Source: Chrysomallon squamiferum
Lineage: Eukaryota; Animalia; Mollusca
Assembly: GCA_012295275.1 (NCBI GenBank)
Contig: CM022670.1
Coordinates: 21,886,001 to 21,950,000, forward strand
Direction of reading: 5' to 3'
DNA length: 64,000 nucleotides
Part shown: one piece after another, positions 31,483 through 52,290 of the stretch
Layout of the letters: each line of letters begins with the position of its first letter
How positions within the stretch are numbered: the stretch's first letter is position 1
Translations under genes and position numbers: made by a program
The notes under the pieces: model-generated
What the model saw: the letters and a program-made list of their open reading frames with translations, nothing else
Database searches by the model: none
Told to the model about the DNA's origin: nothing

Positions 31483-32228
31483 GTCTGGATCTTAATAAAG
31501 AAAACATCTCTTTCTTTCTGAAATAATTTTTATTTTAATAATATATTTCCATAATATACATTCACTGTCTGGAAGAAATTCAATAATGATTTTTATTATC
31601 ATAATAAATCAGCACAATAAATATGTACAAAAATGATGTGAACAAGATAAACGTTAAATAAAGAAAACAAACTGGAACATTTACATATATACATGAATGA
31701 ACTTTTTCTCGTGCATCAAAGTTCTGTAAATAAGAAAAATCAAGAGATAAATGGGTCAGTAAGGAAAATGTTATCAAATGTTTTCCAAATTATTTCAATA
31801 AACGTTGTGTAAGATATTTTGAGCTGTCTAATATATATTTCAAATTACATATTAACTATCATTAAATGAATGTGTTGAGTAATATTTAGTAAAAAGACAT
31901 TTGTTTTGAAAACAAAGGAAAACCCAACATCAATACAAAATAGAAAAGAAGAAGAAAAAAAAAAGAAATTAAAGGAAGGAAAAGAGAAAATAAGAAAAAT
32001 AAAAAAAACAACAGCAGCGTGAACAAAAGCAAAAAGAAGACGAAGCAAAATGGTAAAAAGACAACAACGAATCAAACAATCACAAAACTTTCGTTGTCTA
32101 GGACATCATTATTTTCTGAAATATTGTTATCATGTTAACAAAATTACGTCTGCTAGGTTTCTGTCTCTAAAAACATGTTGAATGTATTTCTATGTTGTCT
32201 GGAAATGTACAGAACATCGTGGAAGTGT

Positions 32229-37840
<5,612 letters not shown>

Positions 37841-38397
37841 GTTGTGTTAAACTAGACACTGTGATCCCGGAAGACTTGTTGTTCTTCAAGGCGTAGACGC
37901 TTAGTCAACGTTTACTGTCACATTATGTGTATTGTTCCTTCTTACTGCACGGTGCAAACTGAATACAGATATGTTTAACTGGATGACACTGCAATTATAT
38001 TCATTGTAAGGCTGCTTTCACTCTGCACAGGTTACAAAATTCAAATATAATAATAATAATGTAGTAGAGGTAGTAGTAGTGGTAGATAGTGATAATAGTA
38101 CTAGTAACAGACAACAGTTGCTGTGATAACAATAGTACTAGTGTAGTGGTTTTGGTCTCTTGTAATGTCAGTTGTAGTAATAATAATAATATCGGCGTTT
38201 TTTTCAAAAACAAATATATTAGCTCAAAAATACAAATAATGACTATGTTTTATTTTTTGTCAAAGCACTAAAGTGTTTGAACATTTTAAATTTAGTATAC
38301 TTTTAATCAGGACAGTTTTACGTCTGTGTGTGAGATATATCTATCTGTTTTAGTGTGTGTATGAATGTATGTGTTTGTTGTGTGTGTGGTGTGTGTT

Positions 38398-38429
<32 letters not shown>

Positions 38430-39019
38430 AGTACAAGCGCGTTCCCGTTTGTGATCTTTAATTAAAAAAAACGAGTATAACGTTACTTCGTCTTTAAATA
38501 ATGGAACACAATCACTTATCTAAAAATAAAATTTTATCTCTGCTAAAACAGTAATAGCATAACAGACCACGATTTGTTGAGCAAATTATAAATGTCACAG
38601 TGATTCAACGATACAGTAGTTAGTGGAGCGGGTTGGTGTTCTTCTTCTTGTTGTAGATGTTTGTTATTTGTTATTTGTGTTTGTTGTTTGCTGTTGTCTT
38701 TATTTATTTATTGTTAGGGTTGTTAGTGTTATGAAATATGAAACATCATTTGAATAGGTAAATGCAGCTATTATATTTATATATTTATTTATTTTAGTCT
38801 AACATTTAGTTTAACTTTATGTCTATTGTTCCTTCTTACCGCATGACGCAAACTGAATACAGGTTATGACTGACTAGATGACATTGCAGATATACCAACT
38901 GTCAGGTTTCATTCACTGTGTGTACATTAATCTATAAAAAAAAAAACTAACAAGCTCGTACCGTATATAATCTTTAATAGAAAAGGAAAATACTGTTGCT
39001 CATTACAGAGAGAAAAAGA

Positions 39020-39095
<76 letters not shown>

Positions 39096-39827
39096 ATATA
39101 AATATGGTTTAACTCTTTTTGTTTTTCTTCAGAGTGTTCACTCTGGAAATATGGCAAAAACTGACAACAAAGCGGTGCTAAAGACGTTGCTATGACAGCC
39201 AGAGATGTATCTTCGAGAGTCGAAATGTTTTGAAGGGTGTGTTCCTGGCTGGCAGCGTGTGGTCTTTAACAAAGGTACAAAAGAGCTCATATTCACACTG
39301 TTATAATGATAAATAGTGTACATGACATTATATCCATGTACAAATGTGTGTGTGTGTGTGTACACAAACGTATGTATATTTAATATATATATGTGAGTGT
39401 GTATGTGTGTGTATATATGTGTGCCTGTGTGTGTGCATATGCTTATATGTGTGTGTGTGTGTATGTGTGTTATAATCATAAATCTTTCAGCAATATAGAT
39501 TATGTATGTCGGTTTTGGAAATAAAATAAATATATATTAATATATTTACTTCAACTTCTCACACAGACAAGAAGAAAGACAAACGACAGAAAAGAATTAA
39601 ATGCATAGACACAGGCACACAGACACAAACACACATACACACATAAACAACACACACATACACACACACATACACATTCACAACACAATCAAGCACACAA
39701 AAGATTATTTCTGTGAACGAGTGGTTTCGTCGTTCTTCCCATATTACGCAAAATGTTATTTAATTTTTGGTTTTGGAAATTATTACATATTAAGTTTTTC
39801 TGTTAGAATTACAGTCAGTACAGTCAT

Positions 39828-39858
<31 letters not shown>

Positions 39859-40220
39859 TCACACCACATGTTATTGTACAAAAAAAAAAAACCAAAATAT
39901 TTTTTTAAAATAATAATAAAGATAAAACATCAATGTGTTGATTTATTAAACAAGGTATCTTTAATTTTATCTTTATTTGTTTCATATGATAGACCAAAAA
40001 TGTCTTAAAAGACTGAGTCCATAGAAATGGTAGTTAATGTCTGACTAGTTTTTATTGACAGCAGTTCCGTCATCAGACGAAAAGATAATAGTCCCCATTT
40101 AACTCGGTTCCAGTAAAGATTTCACTCATGACAACCAGACTGTTATTTCTGAATCACATACTATTAAATTACTTTTTTATGTGTTCATAAATGTGTATCT
40201 CATATATGTTAATTTTCGTT

Positions 40221-40420
40221 NNNNNNNNNNNNNNNNNNNNNNNNNNNNNNNNNNNNNNNNNNNNNNNNNNNNNNNNNNNNNNNNNNNNNNNNNNNNNNNN
40301 NNNNNNNNNNNNNNNNNNNNNNNNNNNNNNNNNNNNNNNNNNNNNNNNNNNNNNNNNNNNNNNNNNNNNNNNNNNNNNNNNNNNNNNNNNNNNNNNNNNN
40401 NNNNNNNNNNNNNNNNNNNN
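40221..40420. other. Assembly gap (200 N)
   Basis: Run of N. Confidence 1.
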
Positions 40421-40749
40421 TGAAATACATAGCGATATTTTGTAAAAACATTTATTTCTATCTGTCTGACTTGTGTATAATATTTACATTGATAGACCAA
40501 ATGTAATGATCTGAAAATTAATATAACATAAATTTCGTATAGACTACGTTGAATTAATTAATTTATTTATTTATTTATATATTTACATTTATATTTTTAT
40601 CATTACTGAAATTAGTTGTTATTGTATTAGCATTACATAAATCAAAAAACAGGCTTTTGTTAACTAGACAGAAAGATGATCTGCACTTAATAAATATCAT
40701 TTATAAGATAATTACAGTTACATTTTAACAAGACATTACGGATTTTTAC

Positions 40750-43031
40750 CTTGGTAAATGTAACATGAGGAAGTATTGTTTGGAATCTTCTAATGTTGTT
40801 GAAGATTTCAACTTCTGTGTCGAGTTTAGTACCAAACAGAATGTTGTTTGCTATACACAGCTTTATTGCGTTCTTAGCTTCACGTTCTCTGAAAGAAGCA
40901 AGCAAAATAAATAAATAAACAAATAAAAATAATCACATGGATACAGATATAGGCATCAGCATTTTTCTTAAAATATATTAAACAATGAAACAGTACAGAA
41001 ACTAACACCTACCTGTATACAAAAGTGACAGGATGAAACTTCTCTTTTTGCTGTAATTTTTCACAGATTGTTGTCAGACAGGTTATCAGTGTTACAGAAT
41101 CAGCGGTTGGCAGCCATCCCTATATAAAGTAATGTTGTATCTCTCGTTTTTCTTTGTCACCCTGAGAATTTAAAACGACAAATAAAATAAACAACGAAAA
41201 ATAAACACTATTTTATGGGTTTTTCATTCAACAGTATTTAGGAATTTCTCAGTCTGATAGGGATAATACACAAAACTGTGTTGATGTATGTTTAAGATAG
41301 ATTATTTAAAACATTTACATAATATATGAACAATATTTACGTTTGTTTGCTGTTGATAATAAAGACTATATATGTGAGTCTGATATCAAATTTACATGTG
41401 TCTGTCGTACACGATAAACAATATAATAAAACCTTTCTGACATTGATAATAAACAATATTTTTGTTTATTAAATGTATATATCAGAACTGTTTGAATGTA
41501 CCTGATACAGATGTTAACAACATTTACGTGTGTCTGATACAGCTGGTAAACAATGTTTACCTCTGTCTGATGTAGAGAATAGACAGTATTTACGTCTGTC
41601 TAATATAAATAGTAAAACAATATTAATGTATATTTAAATAAAATTTACGTCTCCTTGATGTAGAGAGTAAATAATATTTACGTCTGTCTGATGCAGAGTA
41701 AACAATATTTATTTGTGTCTCATGGAAATAGTAAACAATATTTACGTCTGTTTAATATAAACAGTAAAACAATATTAACGTATATTTGATGAAGATACTA
41801 AATATTTACGTGTGCCTCGACTTGCAGTGTGTTTTCCATTATCTCGTGTGTCACTGAAGTCTGGTGAAGAGATGTCACTGTGACTTTTCCATGTTTTACT
41901 GATTCGTTCTTTGAAGGAATCAAGCCTACGCCAGTCTGAAAATGCAGATTTTTAATATTACATACAAGTGATAATAATATAAATAAAACTGAATAATGTA
42001 TAAGAAATGTCCAATATTACATTCAGAAACAGAATTAAGATTCACAATTGATTTATAATATTACCTAGAAATAACAAAGAAAAAAAAAAACGTTTTATAT
42101 AAATTACTAAGTGTGTAGCAGAGACAAATGAAACTTATAGTGTTTGAGACTATGAAATGAAAAACGCTCTGCTTACCTCATTATCAAAGGTAATGACGGT
42201 GTACGAATCATTTTCTAACACAAGCTTCCAGAAACTTTCTCCAGTGTCTTTCACACGCGGTATCAGCAAATAGCCTTGTTTAGATACTTTAGACTAAAAA
42301 TAAAAAAATAAAACATTTTTTATTAAAGATTTGCCGTTTAGACTGACTGGCTACTTTTTTTAGATGTTTTTGTCCACAAACAGTGATATTTATTCTTTTC
42401 TGTTTCTTTATATATTTTCTTTCCTACATATTAACTTTTCATACCCTATCTCCAAATCATGTTTGACGTCTAACTATAGTTACAGTATCCTTTACAGTTT
42501 TTAAACTGTTGTTTCATTACTCAATTTATCTTAGCATTGACGATCTACCTTTTCATTTTACTTCCACCCATCCAAACATCTACCATTTGCTTTCTGCTTG
42601 CGTCATTTAATTCTGGATTGCATTATACATTCTTGTATCCACTAATCATTCATTAGAGTTAACACTTACCATAGTTTTACCTTAACCATTACGTGACAAA
42701 AATGCCAAAATGTTTACATCGAACTTCATGAATCAAAATAGAGTAATTCTCAGTTTAGTAATAATCAATTTAGTAATACACTGAGAGAAAACTCACAGGC
42801 AGACAGAGGGCGTAAAAATGTTGTCTTCCATCAATCCACACCTTGTTCCTGTCCGCAGTCTCTGTGAAATAAATGAATTAATACAATCTTTACTTATAAT
42901 TTTATGTTCTGAAATACTGGCCTGTATCAGGTAGTTAACAAGAAAATCACAATTACTATTATTATTACTGCCATTACTTTTCTTTTTCTTCTTCTTCTTC
43001 AATTTTATTATTATTATTATTATTATTATTG

Positions 43032-43069
<38 letters not shown>

Positions 43070-44405
43070 GTTGTTGTTGTTGTTGTTGTTGTTGTTTTTG
43101 TTGTTGTTGTCGTTATTGTTATAATTATTATAAAATGTACCTGTGTTCTCAGTTTTATCTGGTGTCGCCGTTTTCTGAAAGAATATAAATAGCATGAAAT
43201 GGTAATACCAAATTATACTCTAAAGTTATTTTATTTAATAATGTTCAGTTCGTACACATACAGAAAGTAACATAGACATAAAACATTCATAATGACAGAT
43301 GTGTTTATAACGCATTTCATATTTTGTATTATCTAATCGAAACAATGTTTTATAGTATATGATGTAGTATCCAAAAGGTCACAAGTTTGTAAAATTAAAC
43401 TATTTGTTTGATACCAATATATTTTATAAAGTGTTACAAAGTAAATTTATTTACGAAGAATATCGAAAAAAGTACTTTGTTTACTATTGACAAATCTCTC
43501 TAAACCATTAATATCCATATATGTCGCTTTACTGTTGTTTCTGTCTTTATTTAATGAATCAGAGGTATTCGAAACAATATTTTATTTGAATTAATATTAC
43601 TAAGGATCTACTTGGTTAATTCCTTTCTTTCTCACGATTAAAGGAATTATAATTATATAATAACGAAGTAATTTATTCTGTACTTACTAGAGCTAGTTCG
43701 TCCACAGTTTTCTTTCCCATGACGAGAGAAGTTTTCTGTTGCTGATATTTAAGATAAAACTCTGCGTTGTCCATGCTTGTGTCACCGTACGTGGCCATCT
43801 CAAGTAGAGCGACAAACAACATTTCATACTGCTCCTGTAATTAATTTATAACAGTAATAAGTTTACCTTTTTTAAAGTGGTTATATATCGCTAACTTTGC
43901 CTAGTTAATATAGAAATAAGTTTAACTTTACCTCGGTTTGAACTAGACCTTTACGCTGATCTCTCAGTCGAGTGATGACCTTGAAGACATCGACTTTTCC
44001 TGTAGCCTCCATCTCGTCCAATAGAATGTCCAGGGCAATGAACGTTCCAGTTCGTCCAACTCCAGCACTGAAATCATGTAATTGTTAGTATTCATAACTT
44101 ACGAAATATCAAATATCTTCATTTTAAAGATAACATTAATATAAACGTCTTTAATGGTTTACATATAATTAATAGAAGTAATCTACCTGCAGTGTACAAG
44201 AACAGGACCAGGAAGTGTTGGTTTTGACTTTCGCACTTGATACAGAAATTCTGTGAAGTCATAAACATTGGGGATTCCATGATCTGGCCAGGAAATGAAG
44301 TGAAACTGCTGAAAGGTTTTAGTTTTTCCAGTCTAAAATGATAAATAAAAGAAAAGATCTCGAAAACAGTTTTATTTAATTATTTATATTTATTACTTTA
44401 TTACT

Positions 44406-44476
<71 letters not shown>

Positions 44477-44818
44477 TTTTATAGAACCCCTATATATTGT
44501 TATTATGATTTGTAAGTAATGAATGTCTTTCCAATCTGAAATAAATTAATAAGGTTCTTTTCACCTTCATTCCCCCATTCCCAAAAAATAAAATCACCCA
44601 GGACTGGTCTAAATATTTGTTAGAATATAATCTACTGAAAATAATAGCAATAACGAACGCATAAATTTATAAACTTAATTGACTCACCTTTCTGTGTGTT
44701 ACAGACATTTTCCTAATCACAAAGTCACGTTTCTCTAGTTTTTCTGTGACAACAACTGTGAATGGTCCTATAGTCTTCATCTCTTCATCTGACCAATACG
44801 CTTCACATTTTACCTTGA

Positions 44819-44908
<90 letters not shown>

Positions 44909-44998
44909 GTATCGATGGAACTGCACTGTAAGGATTTCAGCTAAATTAAACCGTGAAAGAAAACATCATAAAATCGATGAAAGTAGAAATGGTGTTCA

Positions 44999-45044
<46 letters not shown>

Positions 45045-45083
45045 ATTATTTATATTATTCTTATTGTTGTTATTATTATTGTT

Positions 45084-45128
<45 letters not shown>

Positions 45129-47719
45129 TATTTATATATTTATTTATTTATTTATTTTAATGTTTTTAAATGTTTTACTAGAGGCAAGAATAAGACTGGG
45201 GAACTAGAGAACTGATTTAGTCATCTTGTGCTCATTTATAAAGAAAGTACCTTGGTGTCTTCCACGAGATTACAAAGCATAATAATTTTACTACATTTCA
45301 TCTCCCACAACATTCTCAAGAAATCTCTTAATGTCTTCTTGTTTGGAGCTGAAATTAAAATAAAAATCAATTTCATAGCTGATATCGATGATGTGTGGTA
45401 AATATATAAAACAATTTTTCGGTAGAACGTAGTTAAAGCCGTATATAAAATAATGGTTTGATTTACCTTGAGCTGCAATAAAATAATCCTTTTCTTCATA
45501 AGCCTGCAATAGAAAACATTTTCATTGTGTGACATTACTTAATCATTGATAGTTTTGTAGATATTCATACGTTAACTTTAATACATACATATATACGTAC
45601 ATTTATATATGTGTATGTGTCTGTGTGTGTACAAATGTATATATCTGTGTGCATATATGTATGTAAATTATTTATATTAATAACTGAAATACATATCTGA
45701 CTATTGTGTTTTAAACACTGAAATGGAATACTCCTCTTTAAGTATGATATTTATACGCCAATGATTTAAATAATGTAATCATATAGTAGTCATTATGGTC
45801 GACATATTATAGTTAACAGTGTATATATCATAAAGCCATGAGGTTATGTTGCTAAAAACATTTTTGAAATTATTTGTATGTGAATCAAATATGGTTCATG
45901 ATTCTGTGTATCATATGGAACTGAAATTAAATAGTTTATAGTAAAATTTATGTACTTCTGATACTAAATAACTGGCTGTATTTACTATTATATTTTGTAT
46001 TGTAGTTAAGAAACAGCAAAGACTTACATCAACGAGGCTGGCGTTGATATAATCAGAATGTTCTACATCTGGCAGCATCGTTAAAACAACTCGATTCTGG
46101 TCATCTTCAAAACACATTACAATCAGAAGTAGTTTGAAGTTTCACCATTAGAGATATCTTATACACAGTGTATATGAAATGTACATTAATGTAATTGACA
46201 TCACTATCATTTTTATTTAAATAATAATAAAAACGGCTGCCGCATAAAATATTCTCCTGCAACAGTCAACATGAATATTTTAACACTGAAATTCACTCTA
46301 AGATGACAACCTGAAAAACTATTTATGAGAAGAAAAAAAAATCTGGAGACATTTCAGACAGAGGAATTTGTGAAATCATAAAAATGTATAAAATGAAAAC
46401 AATATACTGATTAGCAAAATTATTTCAGTCACGGGCTAATTTCTAATGTCACTGCCAGTGAAATACTAAAAAGATTGTTTTAATACGCTCACTTACATGG
46501 ATAGTAGCCTTTGAATCGATTCTTTTCTTTGTTTTCTGGCACCTGAGATTCTTTATATGACGATTTGAATCCGTTGTCCAGTTTCTGAAAGTTAAATTAA
46601 AAACAAAATTATTATATTCTGACATAACTAGAGAAACATAGCCTCATAATAAAAAATAAAATGGACGTAAAAACCATAACAATAATGAATATTTTAGTGA
46701 TGGTGATAATGGAGAAAAAGAAGAACAACAACAACAGCAGCAACAACAACAACAATAATAATAATAATAAGAAGAAGAAGAAGAAGAAGAAGAAGATGAA
46801 TGAATAAGAAGAAAAAGAAGCAAAATAAGAAGAAAAGAAGAAGGAAAAATAGAAAAATTAGAAGAATAGTTGCCACTACAACAACAAAAACAACAACAAT
46901 AACAGTAATAATAATAATAGAAACAGAAGGAGAAGAAGAGAAAGAAGAAGAAATAGAAAAAAGAATAAAAACAAGAAGAGGGAAACGAAGAGGAAGAAAG
47001 GGAATATTTAGAAGATAAGCTTAATTCCACACACCTTGAATTTTGATTCAAATCCTCCTGGTTGTTGTCTGATTCTCTGAATGACTTTGGAAAGTTCACT
47101 GACCAGCACTCCACCCTCAGGCAGCTGGACGTCAGAGACGTTGTAGTAAACTGAAGCTGCTGTTTCAACTTCTTGTTCATCTATCTCTTCTACTGGAGAA
47201 TTAATAGTCAACGTAACTTCACAGTCTTCTTCCTTTTCTCCGTCATCCTCTGTTCCTTCTGGAGACTGTCGAGTTGGTAAATCGACATCAACAAATTCGT
47301 AAGGATAATCTATGCCGAACAATTAAAGCAAATAAATTGTTAGATGATATAAATTTTAAATTGAAAGGAAAAAGAAAGAAAGAAAACCAAAAAGTTGAAC
47401 AGAAAAAAACATCAGCATTTTGAAATAAACAGAAAGAAAGAAAAAGGGGAAAAAGACACAATAAAGAAAATATTTTACTACAGAATTTATCAAGAGGTTA
47501 GTAATGTCGAAGATTCTTCTTCTTGCAATTCGTCCAGCCAGAAGTAAAGATGTTATGTTTTCTCCGTATATTCTATATGCAACTGCTTATAAAAAAGTCC
47601 TTGCAGTTAGTTGCTAATTAGTTGCCAGTAGTTCATGGAAATATGGAATGTGTTTCCTTTTGTATGAATATCATTTTACAATAAAATATGAGAGGAATCA
47701 TTTGAGTACAGAAATGTAT

Positions 47720-47787
<68 letters not shown>

Positions 47788-50757
47788 TTATTGGAGGGTG
47801 AAGTGCTTATTCAGCCGACAGATAGTTAAAGTTATTACACAGCTGATTCTTACCAGTCTCATTTCTACTTTTATTCTGTTTCGAATTCCACTTCATTTGA
47901 TTTGAATCTTCGGTGTTCTCTTTAGTAGACATTCGCCGTCGTCTGAACAGAGAAAAAAAGAAACTTTAAAAATTGTTGTCAGTTTTATGTAAATCATGTT
48001 TATAAAATAATATGCATATATTCATAATGTTTCAGAGATCACGAACAATTTGTACTTTGCACACACGCACACACACAAACACACACAGATATATAGATAT
48101 ATATATACATATATATATATATAAATCGCAATGTTTGTATAATTTAGCTATGCACGTTTGTAGGTATATGTGGGTGTGTGTATTTATGATCCAGATAAAT
48201 TAGCCCCCAAAATATATTTAGTAATTTCTAATTCGTAACAAAGTAAAATAATATGACGCAGATACCTCATTATTACAAATAGAGCAATCACAACTACAGT
48301 GACTACAGCAACACCGATTACACTTCCAGCAATTATGAAAGTTTGTTGTTCAGATTCAGAAATCTCTTGAAAAAAAAAAGAGAGAATGTAAGAAAATACA
48401 ATAAAAATATGGGCGAAATATCATCTTGTCATTAGTAATAAATGTACTACAAAATATATAAGTATGTAACGTCCTAATAGATAATCGTTTAAAATAGATT
48501 ACGAGATATTCGACTAGACTAAAATACGTAAATGTAAAATGACTTTCACTAAAAGGAAATCTAATTAATTCATATCAATTCATAATAGAAATATATATAT
48601 ATATATATATATAAGTAATAAAAAATAACTTTGATTTGTTAGAGGACAATGAAACTTTAAATCAATAAAATGCCTATATTCGCATTATTTCAAGAAAGCA
48701 AAATTATTTACTTTGTATACACAAGTATAATAAAGATAATGATGTTGATGAAGATGATAATAATAATAACGTAGAATTAAGCTATACTAAAGAAATATGC
48801 AACGTCATATTTACCACTCGCAAACAGTGAAAACGGGAGTAAAATGAAAATACAGTGATTCTTAAATATTTCAGAGGAAACAATAGTTGAACAAGGTAAA
48901 AAATGAAAAAAAAAAGGAAAAAGAAATGAAATGTAAAAAATGATAATAATAACTAACCCAAAACAATAAACAGATGAAGAAACTAAGAAAAACAAATAAA
49001 AGATGAAGTTTAGAAAGAAATATAAATAAATAAAATTAATAGAATAAGTAATTCGTTTACATTAAAAATCTCGATATCCAGCTCTTCAGCCATTTTTACA
49101 TTGTCCTTGTATTGTTTTTACTTTCACCACAAATAAAATTACAATTAGATCCCAATTTTCCAGAGTCTCATTCTGGAAACACTGGAAAAGATCCGTTTCT
49201 TATGTAATTTAACATCTATAACACTTTGCACTCTAGCGTAGACCAATCTTTTTATCAGTAAAAACTAAATATAGTCATTTGTTAGAAGAGAAAATAAAAT
49301 AAAGGTATGAAACTGACATAAATATAACAGAAAACAAAAAATAAAACAAAATTAAAACGAAATAAAAAAATAAAAAGTAAAAGTAAATAAATTAAGAAAA
49401 TAATAAATAAATAAAGTACTAAGATAAAATGAAAATAAAAACTGAAATCTAGAAATGTACAACCTTCCTTGCATAAAAGTCCTTGGTATCCGTCTTTACA
49501 ACCTCCTGTACAATTTCCAGAAATAAACTCACACGTTTCTGTTTTACACTGACCACACGTAGAATTACAGTCAAATCCGTATTTTCCAGATCTGCATTCT
49601 GAAAATTTACAAAGAGCTAACTTACCCATCAGTTTCATAATTTGTTATTTGTATTAATATATTCACACATACATACATACCTACACCTGTCAGTTATCTA
49701 TATTTGATTCTTTCAATTTTCTATTATGTTTTCTATTTTCTTTTTGTATCTTTACCAATACTACTACTACTACTACTACTACCGCTACTATTGCTCTTAC
49801 TACTTCTACTATTACTACTACTACTTCTACTACTAGCACTACTACTACTTATACTACTACTCCTAATACTCATATTATTATTATCATCACTTTTATCTTT
49901 ATTATTATTTACATTCACTTCAGTGCATGGATCCTTTTAGTTTTTCGTTTTTATTATTACGATTATTATGAATATGATGATGCTGATTACTATTATTATT
50001 ATTATGATAGTCCTGTAACAATATCGCCATTTACTCTAACTGAATTTAGGACATGTAAAAGTAGAGTACGACTGACTTTGTTTGCACAAGATTCCGTCGT
50101 AACCTTCAGTACAACCTCCAGTACAATTTCCAGAGAATCTGTCACATGGCTTGCTTCTACAGTTCCCACATCTAGATTTACAGTTTTTATCATATGATCC
50201 TGGACTGCATTCTGCAGTTATTGAAATAGCAACAAAATCAATAAAATAATGAACAATTGTTTAACGTCAAAGCAGTTGATTTTAATATTAAGAATAATTA
50301 TGTTTCAGGCCTGCTTCTCAGAAAGAGAGACTGCTTCATAACTTTTATATACTTATGATCAGTAAGAATTTAAACTATTATTGTATAATTAAATCATTTC
50401 TTCAATCTTTCCACACTGTTTTTAAATGTTGTATTGATAACTCTGTTTCTATGTATTTCAAAGTAAACACTGATCCTGTACCTTTTCTACAGTCTGTTCC
50501 ATTCCATCCTGCCTTACATCCTGCAATGTCACAGTGTCCTGTCTGTACGTCACAAGTTGAGTTTGTGTTAACACACTGACGTTCTTCACACAACTTGTCA
50601 CAGTTAGAACCATACTTGACTTTCAGCTCACACGCTAATATAATGTGATGTTATATAAATACCTTGTTACAGATATAATCCTTTTTTTTTAAATATTATT
50701 GTTTCGACTGTAACATTGAGTACATGGTGATATTCAACAACATTATGAACCAATAAC

Positions 50758-50795
<38 letters not shown>

Positions 50796-51960
50796 TTTTT
50801 TTCTTCATCATATTAATCATTCTTCTGGAGAACAGGAATTTTAAAATAATAATAGTTTAAGCAAATTGCTCACATTAACTCACAATGTATCGTTCAAGTG
50901 CATAATGATAAATTATTAACAACTTTATCCAGAAGAAATGTTCATAATATTTATATACTTATGATTTGTAAGAATTTACACTATTATTACATAATAACAA
51001 TATTTTGTTTGTTCAAAGTTCCAATCTGTTTTTCAATATTGTATTGTTAACTCTGTTTCTATATATTTCAAAGCAAACACTGATCCTGTACCTTCTATAC
51101 AGTCTGTTCCATTCCATCCTGCCGTACATACTGCAGTGTCACACTTTCCTGTCTTTACATCACAGGATGAATTGGTGTTAACACAGTGACGTTCTTCACA
51201 CAACTTCTCACAGTTAGAACCATACTTGACGTTCACTTCACACGCTAGTACAATGTAATGTAATGTAATGTAAATACCTCGTCAGACATATAATATTCGT
51301 TTATTTTTAGTACTCTGTTTTGAATGTAACATTCAGTATATTATGATATTCTACAACAATCTTTTAAAACAACCAACAACTATTTATTATTACTGTTGTT
51401 GTTCTTATTATTAATTATTATTCGTCATCATAATCATCAATATCATCAATATTAATAAATCACCTGGTTGCTTGTGGTGTTTTTATTCCGGAGAAAAACG
51501 AATTTTAAAATAATTATAGTTTAATTAAATTGCTCACTTTAACTCACCATATACTTCAACTTCCAGAAAATCTAAAGCTGTACTAGCGCCATTATCATTG
51601 TTTTGGTAGACAGTCACGTATCTGGCATTAACATTACACGTGAAATTCACGACACCAGGAATATCAGATCCATTTTTTTTACCAGTAACAGTACCACACA
51701 GATGTCCTGTGTTAGATGAATTAACTGCTGTGTTTGTGTAGATTTGTACTCCACGTCTTCGTTTTTTGGCTTTAAAACATAAAATTAGTATATGAAATAT
51801 AGAGTTTTATGTATCCTAGTATATAACGTAAATTATCTTAAATAAAGCTGCAATGTTCTAAAAAATAAATAAATAAATAAATAAACTTTTTATATCGCGT
51901 TTTAATGACCAGCATCAAGTAGTGTCGAAATCTAATTTAAGAATCTAATAAATCACTTTG

Positions 51961-51991
<31 letters not shown>

Positions 51992-52256
51992 ACAAAAGAG
52001 GATAAAATAAAAATCGAAATCGTCTGCTGTCTACATTCCTGTTTAAATACAGTGTCCATTTTCTCTTGAAAATATTCCATTTACTGTCTGTGTATTTGTA
52101 TAATAATTGTAATCAATCAAGTCCTACTAAATAATACATATACTAAACGACACATGATGTAAATATAAAATGTGCATCAGCGTACTGTATAGTGTGATCT
52201 TCCTTCAACTTACTGTAGTTATACTATGAATGTATGTGTGTATGTATGCATGTATG

Positions 52257-52290
<34 letters not shown>

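Noticed and set aside
40421-40510. Possible last exon of the RPTP
   Set aside because: The phase-0 reading from the acceptor at 40511 stops after 8 codons, and the region abuts the gap; cannot be assigned.
41320-41815. Regularly spaced repeats resembling a CRISPR array
   Set aside because: Degenerate head-to-tail minisatellite with no unique spacers, inside a eukaryotic intron.
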